DNA of 60,699 bases, counting the filler, from Hausera hauseri (taxonomy: Eukaryota): the NCBI GenBank assembly GCA_046269625.1. It is 10 parts of 10 records of this genome, joined end to end, with 100 filler letters (N's around TTAATTAATTAA, not from the genome) between each part and the next. Parts side by side here need not be neighbours in the genome. Positions count along the whole stretch, not along the records: positions 11,537 to 16,141 come from JBJURY010508351.1; positions 16,242 to 26,294 come from JBJURY010246626.1; 8 more parts are not named here. One strand, written 5' to 3'. Under the pieces are notes generated by a model. That model was not told where the DNA came from. It searched no databases and worked only from the letters and a program-made list of their open reading frames with translations. This document shows, piece by piece, positions 11,537 through 24,039 of this stretch. Each line of letters begins with the position of its first letter. Within the stretch, counting starts at the first letter, position 1. The translations under genes were made by a program, and so were the position numbers.

Positions 11537-14500
11537 TACTACCACAGCAGATTTAACAAAAATGCCAAGTGCTGCCTAGGGTGCAAATTTTATAACAAAA
11601 GTTTTTCTTCAGACACCATTGTTTGCATTTACCACGCAAAGTTTAAAAATCAAGCCCGTAAATGCATTCTAGGCTGCACATTCAAAGCAGGTACAAACGA
11701 CTGACCTGCTACCTTTTCTTCTAATAGCCGTCCTAGTTCACCTTTTCAAAAAAAACTAAATTTGCCACCAGAAGTCACGACAAACTCTGGTAAAGACACT
11801 ACTTCACTTTCTGAATGCCGACACGCCTCTTTTGCTCTCTCTACTCTACAGGCTGCAATCATCGCTGCTACAACACAATCCGTTGATTTCCTCATTGATA
11901 CAAGTGCATCTATTTCCTCATTACCACAATCTTTTCCTGTACAAAATTCACCATTCAAAATTAAGCCCTTATAAACCGCTTCATGTCAACCGCTGCACAT
12001 TTCTGGCATGGCTAAACTATCTTTTATCTTACCACAATTTTCTTTACCTTTCCACTGGACGTTCACAGTTGCTAACGTTCAGACGGCAATTCTAGGGTCC
12101 GATTTTCTATCGCATTATAATTTATTGGTTGACTGCAGTCAACGATGTTTGAGGAGCGACATCACTGGCAGCATTACTGAGCATATAAATAGCATTTCGA
12201 CTACCTCACAGTCGATTGAAACGCGGAGATCAATTTTGAGAAAACCAAAAACTACTTTGAATTTTCTTAATATTTCACCTCGCAAATTTTTAAGTAATAA
12301 TACTGATATTCGATCGAGGTTCAATGTCGACAATTGTGGTACTTTCACCAATGTTCATTCACTTGACGAAACAACTTTATCAAATACCACGTTCAATTCG
12401 ACCATTTTACACCAAATACCACTTGACTGCACAGCATCAAACAATTCACAAATTGCATCCGCTACTACTCAAACCGTTTCATCATCATCACCGAATCTCT
12501 CACAGTTGCCTACAACTTTACAGCAATTCGTCAACACATAATGTCCACGAGTAATCAGAAAAGATCGTACGTTTACTCCTGCAAACAGCACTGTACATCA
12601 CATAATTATACAGCATTAACGACCAATACACCAAAAGGTACGACCACTGTCACCTCATCGTAGACAGGCCGTAGAAGCCGAATTTCATGAACCAGAACGC
12701 TCCGTTTCAAATCTCCTTGGTCGTCACCTTTACACGTTGTACAAAAAAGGATGGCACTTTTAGACTATGCGGTGACTACCGACAGTTGAACAACTTGACC
12801 ATCATAGATGCGTACCCTCTGCCACTCACTAAGGACATCCTGAATCGCCTTAATTCAACTGCAATTTATTCGACCATCTATTTGGCCAAAACATACCACC
12901 AAATACCCGTGGCACCCGAAGACATAGAAAAAACTGCTATTACTACCCCTTTTAGCCTCTATGAGTACCGGTTTATGACATTCGGTTTGCTAAATGCCGC
13001 ACAAAATTTTCTGCGACATATCGCCTCAATTCTCTCAGATTTTCCGTTTGCACGCCCTTACATTGATGATATTCTGATTGTTTCCTCTTTGGACAATCAA
13101 CACGAGGAACACCTTCGCGAAATATTCCAACGCCTTCACCACCACAATCTCCAAATCAATTTCGACAAATGCCATTTTTTCAAAAAACGCATCAACTTTT
13201 TGGGCCACGTTATTTCACCAGGTGTCCATTCTCTTCAACCAGACCAAGTTGAAGCACTTAAAAATATCCAGTTACCACGTACGACCACCGAAATTCTCAG
13301 CTTCCTCGGTACACTACACTTTGTACATAAATATGTACCATATTGCCCTGAATTTACAGCATCATCCGCACACTTAAGCGGTGGCAAAAACATCAGCCAA
13401 TCCAGTAGAAACCTAAGTTGGTTGACAAGTTTGATAAGCTACGCGAAGTAATTAAGACCGTCGACATTCTCGCTTTCCCCAAGCCTGATGCAGCACTCAT
13501 CCTTACCACAGACGCTTCAACCACTGCGGTAGGTGCTGTGCTTCACCAAATCCACAAAGGAGAAAATCAGCCACTAGAATTTTTTTCTCGCAAGCTAACA
13601 TTCCCTGAAACTAGATATTTAACTTTCGATCGGGAATTATTGGCTATCGTTCTTGCTTTAAAGCATTTCTCCCACCTACTTGTCGCTCTCCATTTTACCA
13701 TACAGGCCGATAACAAACCCTTACTTAACATCATGACTATGAAACATCCTTCCACACGCCAAGAATGACAGATATCATACTTGTCGATATTCAACTTCGA
13801 CATAAAACATATTAACGGGGTTAATAATTTGGTTTGCGATTGTTTATCTCGGTCGATTAGTTCGATTAATTATTCACCGATTTTTACCCAAGTTCAACTT
13901 TAACAGAACCAGCCACTTCAGAACATGATTAATTCTTTCAAGTCTTGCATAATCGTTGACGGAGTGGCTTTACACACTTCCAAACCAAATTATTCCTTAA
14001 TAATCCTTGCACCACCGTTGCAAAGGCAAGCATTTAATAGTGTACATTTGCTACACCACCGTGGTGCTAAAGCCACTTTTCGTTTACTCCACCGATAAGT
14101 AGTTTGGCCGTCAATACGTTCTGATGTGCAGGCATGGGTTAAGGAGTGTGTGTTTTACCAAAAGTATAAAACAACTAGGAATTTAAAGCCACCACTATTC
14201 CACTTCCCCTGTACATCGCGTTTCGAATCCGTGCATGTATACGTCGTTGGCCCTCTTCCTCCAGACAGCGGTCATCAATTCATTCTCACCATCATGGACC
14301 GTTCCTCGCGATGGCCAGAAGCCCTCCCTCTGCGGAGCATAAATACCGATACTATAGCTGAAGTTTTCATCCGTACATGGATTAGCAGGTTTGGATCACC
14401 TCGCTTCATCATCACGGACCAGGGTCCACAGTTTAAATCCAACCTGTTCAAATTCCTTGTTAACTGATTGGGGATCCATCACATACATACTACGCCTTAC

Positions 14501-14650
14501 CATCCCCAATCGAATGACCTTTTATAACGTTTCCACATAATACTGAAAACGTTACTAAGAATCCTTGCAGAGTCCAACACTAGTTGGACGAATCTTCTTC
14601 CGTTTGTTCTGCTCGGCTTAAAGAAAACTCCGTCTACTTCTACAGGATGC
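11537..14650 (+). mobile_element. Ty3/Gypsy LTR retrotransposon remnant (CsRn1/Kabuki-like): gag end, protease, RT, RNase H, integrase
   Basis: Gag CHCC motif CIYHAKFKNQARKCILGC; protease FLIDTSAS; RT RLCGDYRQLN...YIDDILI; RNase H TDAST..DRELLAI; integrase VVGPLP..ITDQGPQF. Domain order PR-RT-RH-INT, with many stops. Confidence 0.92.
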
Positions 14651-14933
14651 TAATAGATAGAAAGGAGCGCATTGCGTCAACCCCCTCCCCCCAGGGAAGG
14701 AAGGAAAAGATGTGGTTTGGTATAAGTTATGGGACAGGAAAACGATAAACACACGCAGAGTTAATATGGTGGAGATGGGTGGCATGCGGTGGTGTATTCG
14801 TGCATGAGAAGCAAGTGTACTGCATGGTTTTTATATATATTTAAAAATTCGAATTTGGCGCGTAAAAAATTTTGTTGTTTAAATTTTGTTCTTAATATTG
14901 GTGGTTGCGTATAAATGTAGGTGTGCAAATACC

Positions 14934-15269
14934 ATGGCGTTGTTTCAACAAATAGTACGACAAATAGTACGCTTTTTTAAATATGTTCTCCTAAATTATT
15001 TATATACTTATAATTACAAAATAGATTTAGAAGCGGAAATTGAGCGACTGGTAGGTGAAATATGCAGTGGGAAAATAGATTGTGTTCAATTTTTAAATGA
15101 ACTGGAGTATGAATACTTTTTGTCAAAAGAAGACTATGTAGAACTTGTTCAATCGATATTAATTACAAATATTAAAGAGTAATTTAGAAAAAGACAGATA
15201 AATGTTTTACTTGTGCGTAATATGCTTACTGGTGCATTTGTAATATTTTTATCTAAATTTATTCGATAA
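14934..15269 (+). pseudogene. Small ORF with basic patch and C-terminal hydrophobic segment, convergent with pPolB; one in-frame stop at 15180-15182
   Basis: TATAAA at about 14910, ACCATGG start context, homologue at 10961, AATAAA right after the stop. Confidence 0.55.
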
Positions 15270-15372
15270 TAAATGTTAACCTTTGTATGTTATAACTGTT
15301 CACAAACCAGTAAAAATGAAATGTATTTACTATGAGTAATAAAACAAAGACGGTAAAGAGTGACATATTTAT

Positions 15373-16141
15373 TTAAACAAAATATATTCGCATATTTGTA
15401 CAATAATGTCCATACGCAACACCTTTGTTCTTGTCAATCCACTGACGTTTATCGTCGAACGGATCCTATGCTTTCTTTTTTGAGCTGATTGTCATGAGTT
15501 GGTGGCTTTTACTACCAATTCGCTCCTGGTCCACGATGGTGCTATAACCGATTTCATAAGCCTATATGTAGCTGTCGAATTGCAAGTCTATCTGCTTGAG
15601 ATTGATCCCTTTGCATTTGAGGACTGGTTTGCTTTAGGTTTTGAGGGCATAGGATTTGGGCCGTAGGAAAATCGCCTCTTGATACTGAACGCTGCCCTTA
15701 CTCTCGTCTTTAAATTTTCCAATTGTGGCTATGAAACGTGTCGAGTACAGCGGATCATATTTATCTTAGTTCGAAGTGTCCAACTGCTCGTTTGCTATTA
15801 TTGCCGGTAAGAGTTGTGATCTCAAATCGACACACGGCATTCGATTAAAAACTGTCTGTCACCGGCAAGGATATTAAGTTCACAATTAAACTGTTGCCTA
15901 TGTCTCCAACTCGATATAATTCAGTTCATACATGCGCAACTCGGACAAATCAAATACGTCCTGTCCGATGTACGAGGGTCTATCTAATGTAACCATATCT
16001 TTATAGAGGAGAACTACAACCAAGTCATTATCTATAATAATACTCTCCTTAAACTGTGGCTTGCTGGCATATGTAATAAGCTTAGCATTATTACGTAGTT
16101 TTAAGTTGGACCTTTTCAGAAGATTTCCAAATGTTTTGAAG
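15373..16141 (-). pseudogene. polB: pPolB C-terminal fragment (close relative of 57894-60460)
   Basis: LDRPSYIGQ..DLS.LRMYE, ILAGD.DS, LDTSN, FKDES, FLRPKSYA, FDDKR..VAYGHYCT. Long nucleotide matches to 57900-58630. Confidence 0.9.
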
Positions 16142-16241
16142 NNNNNNNNNNNNNNNNNNNNNNNNNNNNNNNNNNNNNNNNNNNNTTAATTAATTAANNN
16201 NNNNNNNNNNNNNNNNNNNNNNNNNNNNNNNNNNNNNNNNN

Positions 16242-16485
16242 TTATCGGAAATTCGATATTATTGATTTTTGCACACTTGCACATGTGCTGCACACTTGCA
16301 ATTGCACCAATCAATGTGCACTCATGTGCAAGTGTGCAAAAATTAATAATATAAGATTTCCAATATTAGGCACTTTTTGAATCAATAGTGCACACTGTGC
16401 ACTATCGATCGGCACATATGCAAAATCGATTTATTGACCCCCGCCCACCCCCGAGTGGGGCAGAACCGCCATTTTCTCCATACTC
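16242..16485 (-). mobile_element. Terminus of a hairpin-rich repeat family (5'-GAGTA...), abutting truncated pPolB
   Basis: Reverse complement matches 54053-54160 and 30014-30120. Stem ATCAATAGTGCACA-C-TGTGCACTATCGAT at 16381-16409. Confidence 0.75.
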
Positions 16486-18220
16486 ACAAAATATTACCGC
16501 TTAACGCATTGGAACGGCCCGTACCGGATCACGATGATTTTAATAGTCGATACTTGAGAGCAGCATGTAATTCATGCAATTTGGCAAGACGGGTGCGGCC
16601 ATTCCTGCCGGTGATATTTCATAACTTCAGGGGTTATGACTGTCACCAAATTCTGAAATGGACCATAAATAAATTTCCGCACTGGGTGCTATCCATAATT
16701 CCGATTGCAATGGAGAAATACCTGTCACTGTCAGCACGTATAAATCGGTTCCAGGTACGCTTCTTTGATTCATTGCAATTTCTCAATAAATCATTGACAA
16801 AGCTGGTAAATGCCTTGCCAGATGTGCCGATAGCACTGATGAAGTTCCCGCACATACTGCACGCAGCAAAGGCATATTCCCATATGACTTTGTAAGATCG
16901 TATGAGCGACTCCGGACAGCAGAAAAATTACCGCCGCGATGGAAGGGTATAGCAGAGGATGAATACTGGAAAGCACAGAGGTGTTGGACAGAACTCGGCT
17001 GTAAAAACATGTTGGATTGTATGCTTTAGTATCTTAAATTGGTCGTGTACTTATTAGCCAATATGTTTCAAGCGTTTCGAGTGAAAGCGTTGGCTGAAGA
17101 TAGGCTAAAGCCACTCAAGTTTTATGCCATACCGGGAATGAGTTGGACGTCAACTCTAATGCCACTGGATTGAGACATTGAGCTGCTGAAAGACCCAGGA
17201 ATGTACCGGCTGTTTGATGTTGGTATTCGCGATGGCATGACATTTGTTAAAAAGCATCAGGTCAGTGCTACCGATACCACATTACTGCTGTATATTAATA
17301 TTAATAATCTGTATGGCTGGGCGCTTTCGCAACCCTTGCCGTACGGTTCATTCCAATGGGTTGTCAACAGACAAGATCTAGACGACATAATAGGTCAACC
17401 TACCACAAGCAAACATGGCATCTCAGTCGGATACCTGATGGTGGTCGATCTCGTGGTACCAGATGAGCTGCAAGATGTTTTGGATGATTTACCGGTCGCA
17501 CCATTTAACCAATGTCTACCAGTCTCAAAAGTAAAGAAATTGCTCATGACGCATAAACCGAAGCTCAACTACGTGGTCCATTGGCGTCTGCTACAGTTCT
17601 ACATGCAGCTCGGTGTACGCGTCACACAGCTGCATTGTGCAATCCGATTTGCTCAGGCTCCCATATTCAAGGCATACGTAGACAGAAATTTGGAGAAACG
17701 AGCCGCAGCTTGTGAAAAATTCGAAAAGGAATACTACAAATTGAAAAACAATTTTCTGTAGAAAAAAACAGTGGAGCATCTGAAAAAGCTGCTCAATGTA
17801 CGCCTATGCAATAGCGAAAAGCGGTGGGCCACGTACACGAGAAAGGAGCAGTTTCGACAGTCATTACTCATTGCCGATGGATTGGTTGCGGTGCTGTTAA
17901 ACAGGAAAGAAGTCATTCAGGACCGGCCAAGTTACATCGGACAAGCGGTATTTGGCCTGAGCAAGCTGCGGATGTATGAGCTACAGTTACGCGATTTGGA
18001 ACGATACCGGCAAATGTTTGACGGCTATGATAATAGTATAATTGCTGGTGACACAGACAGTTTTTTCCTGCGGCTGAAAACAGTCAATCGCTAAAAGCTA
18101 CTGTAGCAAATGCAGTCAGATGGATTACTAGACACGTCTAACTACCCACCGGATTATCCGCTGTAAAGCAGCGCGATCAACAACAAAATCGGCTGCTTCA
18201 AGGATGAAAGTGAAGGTCAA
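16486..18220 (+). pseudogene. polB: pPolB fragment (EndoVII to polymerase C-terminal region), close relative of 6956-10581
   Basis: RYLRAACNSCNL, PVIFHNFRGYDCH, YININNLYGWALSQPLP, KLKNN, IIAGDTDSFF, FKDES. Confidence 0.92.
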
Positions 18221-18436
18221 TGTCGATTAGTTGATATTGTAAATATCCACAATGGGAGAATAATCTAATCTCTAATATAGAAAAAATTCCGACTTTAGGA
18301 ACAAAATGTGATTATCTAAAACGATTTGTAATTACCCAAAATAAACGTAATATTTTTTTTAACAAAGATGGCTAAAAATCGATGTAAATAACTTTATTCA
18401 AAAAATCTATTTATTGTATAATATAATTTTCAATAT

Positions 18437-19511
18437 TTAAACAATTCGTTTTTCCAAAAACATGTTTACATATATAGTTATTTTTGTGTGGGCCAACGTG
18501 GACACCACAACCCCCGTGGCAAAGTAAGTGTTGTCTGGGGGAACCCAACGTTTATCGTCTGGATACCAGCACTCTTTGTCTGGCAGTTGCTGTTGCCGTT
18601 GTTCACCGATGAAATTAATTTCAGCTACAGTAGCCGGCATTCGAGACCTTCTAGACCAAGCTTGAAGAGTATTTGGTCGACGACGTTTCTAAAATTGTTG
18701 AATCTGGTGTGGAGAAATGCTACATAGAGCAGCCATAGGTGATCTATCGGAAAGAGGCCACGTTGGAGGTGGCATTGGTAGTAAACAAGTTGGCTGACCC
18801 CCAACACCGAAATTTGAATCAGAAAATTGCTCATTTGGAGATTGTAAAGAATCTATTTCAATAATACACTGACTGTGTGAAAGGGATGATCTATGGCTTA
18901 AAGATATTTGTTGAACGTTTGTAGGAATATTCTGATTGCTTGTTATTTGAACATTATTAAACGGTTTGTTTAGTATATTCGTGGATGGCAACTGTGCCAT
19001 TTTAAGTTGCTTTTGTTGCGCTGATAAATCTGACAGGAATAACTGGCCATCGTCAGTTTAAAATACAGCGATAATCTGATTAATGAAGTGTTGAATATTA
19101 CTACCGTCACGAAATTTGATTGAGCTATTAGCGGACGACGCAAGGTTAAGTGAGGAAAAGTAGATTTCGACGAACTCATTAGCATTAATACATTCTGTAA
19201 AGTCGTTAGCTTCCTCATGATCATTAGATGATACATATGATTCGACAATCTTAAGCGTTGGGTCTGTTATTTGCAGAAGGAAATTTTGTGCTTCCTTGTA
19301 CGGATCGTTTGAATCGAAGATTTGTGCAATTCCATTAAACTCCTGCAGAATCGGCGCCGGTAGGAGGGAGAAGAACGACAGACTGTCTGACCACATAGAG
19401 TGCATAAGGGTCCATGGTAATGCACTGCCGTTGTTGCGAAAGAATGGAGTGCATGGAAAATGATGGTGGGTTCCGGAAACGACGGTTTCTGACATCCCAC
19501 TTCTGACACCA
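18437..19511 (-). mobile_element. LTR retroelement 5' internal region: tRNA-Leu primer-binding site followed by a degenerate gag-like ORF
   Basis: Minus-strand TGGTGTCAGAAGTGGGAT at 19494-19511 is the complement of a tRNA-Leu 3' end including CCA. The ORF MSETVV..PFF..W...NDPYKEAQNFLL starts at its end. Confidence 0.65.
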
Positions 19512-21121
19512 GTGTGAAGTTTGTGGGTCTTAGATAAGGATTCTGTGATGCCAGTAGACTGTAGCCAGATTTGATGGAAATGAAGCCACGATTTGCTAGA
19601 GTTTTTGTTATCGATGAAGTAGTCAGTGCAGTGAGAAGTGTTGGTAGGGTTTTATGGGAATTTGCATCGAATGAAGAAAGTGGAGGGTTTAGTTTGGAGT
19701 AATAAAGGATGGGTATTAGTTTTTTGTGGTAGTTGTATCCGTGGTGTCAATGGTTGGTGGTGGAATTCATTCCACCACGGATACGGAGATGTATTTCGAA
19801 GCAAGTTTGATTAGACAAAGAGGAAATTTCGTTAAGATGAATGATAGCGCCGTGATGAGTAAGAAAGAAGTCGGAAGACCCAAGGGAAGAAGAGATGCGG
19901 GTCTGAAGGGTGGGAATGTGTAGGTGTTTTGTGTGGGCCGTATATTTGTGGGTATTATTATAGAAGAAGAAAAAGGAAATGGGGAAAGTAGTGGTAGGCC
20001 TGCGGGCGTGACCTGGAACCGATGTCGAAAAAGTCCCCCCCGCTGCTGTCGAATGCCAGCCTCATTCTTTACGTTCCTCTCTGCCTTCCGTGTCGTCATT
20101 TTGTCCATTATCGTCAATGACTTCTCCAATTTAAATCGAAATATATCTGATCGAAAAGTGTTCATCAACATACTCATTTATAAACTACTGACCATTGCCT
20201 ACATTAAATTCATCGTCCTCATTGGCATTGAGGCTGTCAATGTTATTTTGTCCATGTCCAAGGAAATTAAAGACAGACTGTTGAATCTAAGAACCAAATC
20301 GGCAGTCCAGTCAACATAACAAGACAATACCCGCCACGATTTACCCGTCTATTGACCCATGCTACTACTGACAAAGCGACTTCTGATTTTACATCAACAT
20401 AATCTATTAGTCAGAACCATTCGACAAGTGAAATGTGACTTCGAGTTTCACAACAAACGAATCGCCAAAATTGCATGAATATCCGACACCAAAGAAATTG
20501 CAAGGCGATAAAATCATTATACCTAATACACAAATTTATTCTATTGTCTGCTTTTTACTATTCTTGGTATTCGTATTCCCAATTGTCCAAATGTAAGCCG
20601 AGAAATATTTTTTGGATGATTATATCATTGTTACGCCATAACCTTGCTGGATTTGGTTGCCTTGTGTGTGGAGTGTGTGCAGTGTTTGTTTAAATATTGT
20701 ACATACGAGATTTTTCGACAACTTGATTTAAATAAATTGATTATGGCCATTTTACTTGGGACATTTTGAATTTTTACTGTGTCATTGTCAAACTCAATTT
20801 TTGGTCGTACGATTTTTAGATTTTATTTTAGAATTTCATCGTCATACATTTTTATTTGTGTAGATATTTATTTATAACGTTTTCAAATCCATTTGGGTTC
20901 ATTAACTATTAATTAGGGAATTTAGTCGTTTCAGCCGTTTCGATTATTTCTATCATTTTCGACCGACCGGCGCAAGGTTGGCGGTCAGGATCTCCGCCTC
21001 CGCGGGGCGGGCACCAAAATGCGGGGTGCCCGAATTTTCCACTTGAGGTGTGTTATCATAATCTGTTGTATAACACCGAAGTCCTTTGGGATCAAAATTA
21101 AAGTTTCTGCGATTATCAGCA

Positions 21122-21838
21122 CTATATTAAATAGGAATTGTTAATCCAAAATAATGAATATATAGGTAGCAACTGAGACGATTCGATGTCCCGTATTTTC
21201 CTTATCGCCGTGTGTTTCACGTAATTCGGACTCGGACTGGCACTCTTCGATAATTTCCCATCCGTTAAAACTGATGGACGAACCGGACGAAATGAACCAT
21301 CGTGGAATGTATCAAATCGGACTGTTACTAAACCAATTGTGTCGCTTTCCTTCTGAATTGCCATACGTCGCGGACTCTCGACAAGATAGACACTGTGCAC
21401 GTGCAATTTCTGTATTTTATCGATACTACCGAATATGACGTTGGGCTCGCTGACGAGTATGAGACAGTTTCTGCAAACACTGCGGTTTAATGGACGCGTT
21501 GCCGATACCTCGTTTTTCAAATTAGTACTGCTGAATAACAGTCGTCCATCGCTATAATGGATGATACTCAGATGATTGGAACAGACGAATACACGCAATT
21601 CGTGTGATTGATTGAGTGACGTCAACAATGACAATCGCATGTACGGGCCAGCACCGATGGTGACTCATCGTTGTTCCGTCAGCACGGCATCCAGCTATTG
21701 GTGTGTCAATGTCAATATGTCAATTTGGAAACGGATGAGACCGCCACCGTCTATGCCGACCATGAGATAAGGTAGCGGGTTTCTCATGAACTGGACAAGT
21801 AAGACTGATCGTGACAATGATTGTCTTTTGACCGAATC
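21122..21838 (-). pseudogene. DDB1: DDB1 (DNA damage-binding protein 1) internal fragment
   Basis: RSVLLVQF...YLMVGIDGG; VFVCS..IIHYSDGRLLFSSTNLK; FGSIDKIQKLHVHSVYLVESPRRMAIQ..S.TIG; RPS. These match DDB1 beta-propeller segments (TIDEIQKLHIRTVPL.ESPR). Frameshifted and truncated at both ends. Confidence 0.8.
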
Positions 21839-21841
21839 GTA

Positions 21842-23540
21842 TTACGTCGGATTTTGAACGGAATCTACTGTCTCTACGGTTTTCACAATTTTGGTGCAAT
21901 CAACACGAGGTTTTTCATAATCATTAAGGTTTTCTCGACTATTTCGAAAAGACTGAATTGATGAAAGCGTTTGACGAGTAAGGCTGTATGATATGCTCGG
22001 CTTTTTATGACGTCTAGAATTGTATATAGCAGGTAGAGATGTTACACCAACAGATTCTGTAGTATAATCGAGAAAAGGTCTTCGACTGTCCTTATCAAAA
22101 TGGTCAGGAAAAATCATGTCGCTGTGGTCGTTTTCTTGAGGTACATTATTTCTGGCAACATGGTCGTTGTGACTACTTATTTGATGTTCTTTCGTGGAAA
22201 GCGTAGAATGTTCAAGTAGTGAATGTTGATCAGTATTGAGCAGACCACAATTTCTTGTACTTTTTGTATTATTGTCTTCATCTTTGTCTGCAACTCGTTT
22301 CAGGCCTATTTGAGTATCAAAATCTATATTTTTTAATCCATCCTTTGTATCGTCATAACAGTTTTCTGCCAAACCATTCGTTTGGATCTCATCATTACTT
22401 TTAAAAGGAAGCTTATCGAATTCTAGGGTAGCAAAATTGTCAAGTGAATTTGAATTAACATCAGCCATTGTTGAGTCATTTAATTGGTACTTCAAGTCAA
22501 CAAGAGAAAATGCTTCCTTTAATCCATTTCCTGCATCTATAGATTCATTCGTTCGACTATAAGACTCAGTCTCGTATTGAGATGTTACTAAACCGCGAAG
22601 AGCATAATTTATTGTCGGACGTACGACTAGCCTGTTTTTGAATTCAAGCTTACATTTACATTTCGATCAATTAAAGGAACATGATAAATATTCATGAGAT
22701 AAGGCTTGGTTAGCAGAAAGACAATGTTGAGATTCAGTAACCAATAGTTGTGAAGTAAATTTCCTAGCAAGACTAAATGAATCTTTTTGTAATTGGTCTT
22801 CGAATTCGAATTGCCCTTTGGTTACGGAACTAAGTGTTTCTTCATTTGTTGAGCCCAAAAATGGAGACAAATTGATTAAAATAAAATACGCCAAAACTCC
22901 CATACTCCATCTCACTTTTCTGTGTTATTTCTTCGTTATTGGTAACTTCAGGAGCGATGTAATCCGGAGTTCCGAAAATTTCCTGAGCATGGCATTTCGA
23001 TAATTTCCTGGCAACATCAAAATCACAAATGGCAATGTCTGTGGACGGATATGAATAGCGCAGAAACACATTGTCAGCCTTTATATCAGGATGGACGATA
23101 TCGTTAAAGTGCAACAAATGAGGAGCCGACATCATTTTAGCAATAACAATTTTAACATAGGCTTCCGGTAGACCAATTTTGGAGTCGAGTACGGCATTGT
23201 AAGGCGAGCCGCTGGATGCAAACGGCAGAATTAGTGCAAGATCGACTGATGTAACGTGATAATCTAAAAGTTGAATGAAAGACGCATTTGAACTTTTCTG
23301 TAAATACTCCATGATCTTTACTTCTTTCTCAGCCGTTTTTTCTTCACCCGCATACTCGTAAACGTCATCCTCATTACTTAATTCTAGGTGATGAAATCCT
23401 TTAGCTTTATTTTCTTTAACTTTTTATGGTCAGCAAAAATTTGAAACTTTAGAATATCCACTTCGCTTTGATCTTGATTGGGAACCGGCATTGAACGCTT
23501 TGTCTGACACGAATGAAAAAGGTGAAACAACTGACACCAT
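21842..23540 (-). pseudogene. Intronless CAMK-group Ser/Thr kinase pseudogene, DRAK/STK17/DAPK-like, with long C-terminal tail
   Basis: GYSKV, EKEVKIM, IVHPDIKADNVFL, ICDFD, EIFGTPDYIAPE, WSMGVLAYFILINLSPFLGSTNEETL, LSANQALSHEYL. Contains frameshifts and stops. Confidence 0.8.
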
Positions 23541-24039
23541 TATATTGTAATTATAAAAAATAATATCTGATGATATAAAAGTTTGCAATGTCAAAATCTG
23601 CAATTCGATAGTCAATAAATCAAAACGTGATAAATATCTGATATAGAAAAGAGTATTCACTGAAAATCCGGAACAATATACGCTAAGCAAATTGAAATTC
23701 CAAATGTATAATTGTCTAATATTAGAAAAAATGGACACTGCAAATAAATCAATTTATTTCATATTGTATTTACAAAGTTAGAAACTAATATATAATTACT
23801 ATACTTAAACAAAAAAAATTTGAAATACACGGACGCACACATATCACAAAGGCGTATTTTAGCACTTAGACAAATTTCACTGATTTTGTTACATTTCTTT
23901 TCTTCGTTGTTTTTTTGGACAAAATAAAATATTGTATAAATATTGCAATCGATTATACCAAATGGATCATAAAATCACCGGAAATAGCTGTCAAATGCGA
24001 ATTCGTATAAAATCTCAGCATCGTTCCACAGATTTATTG

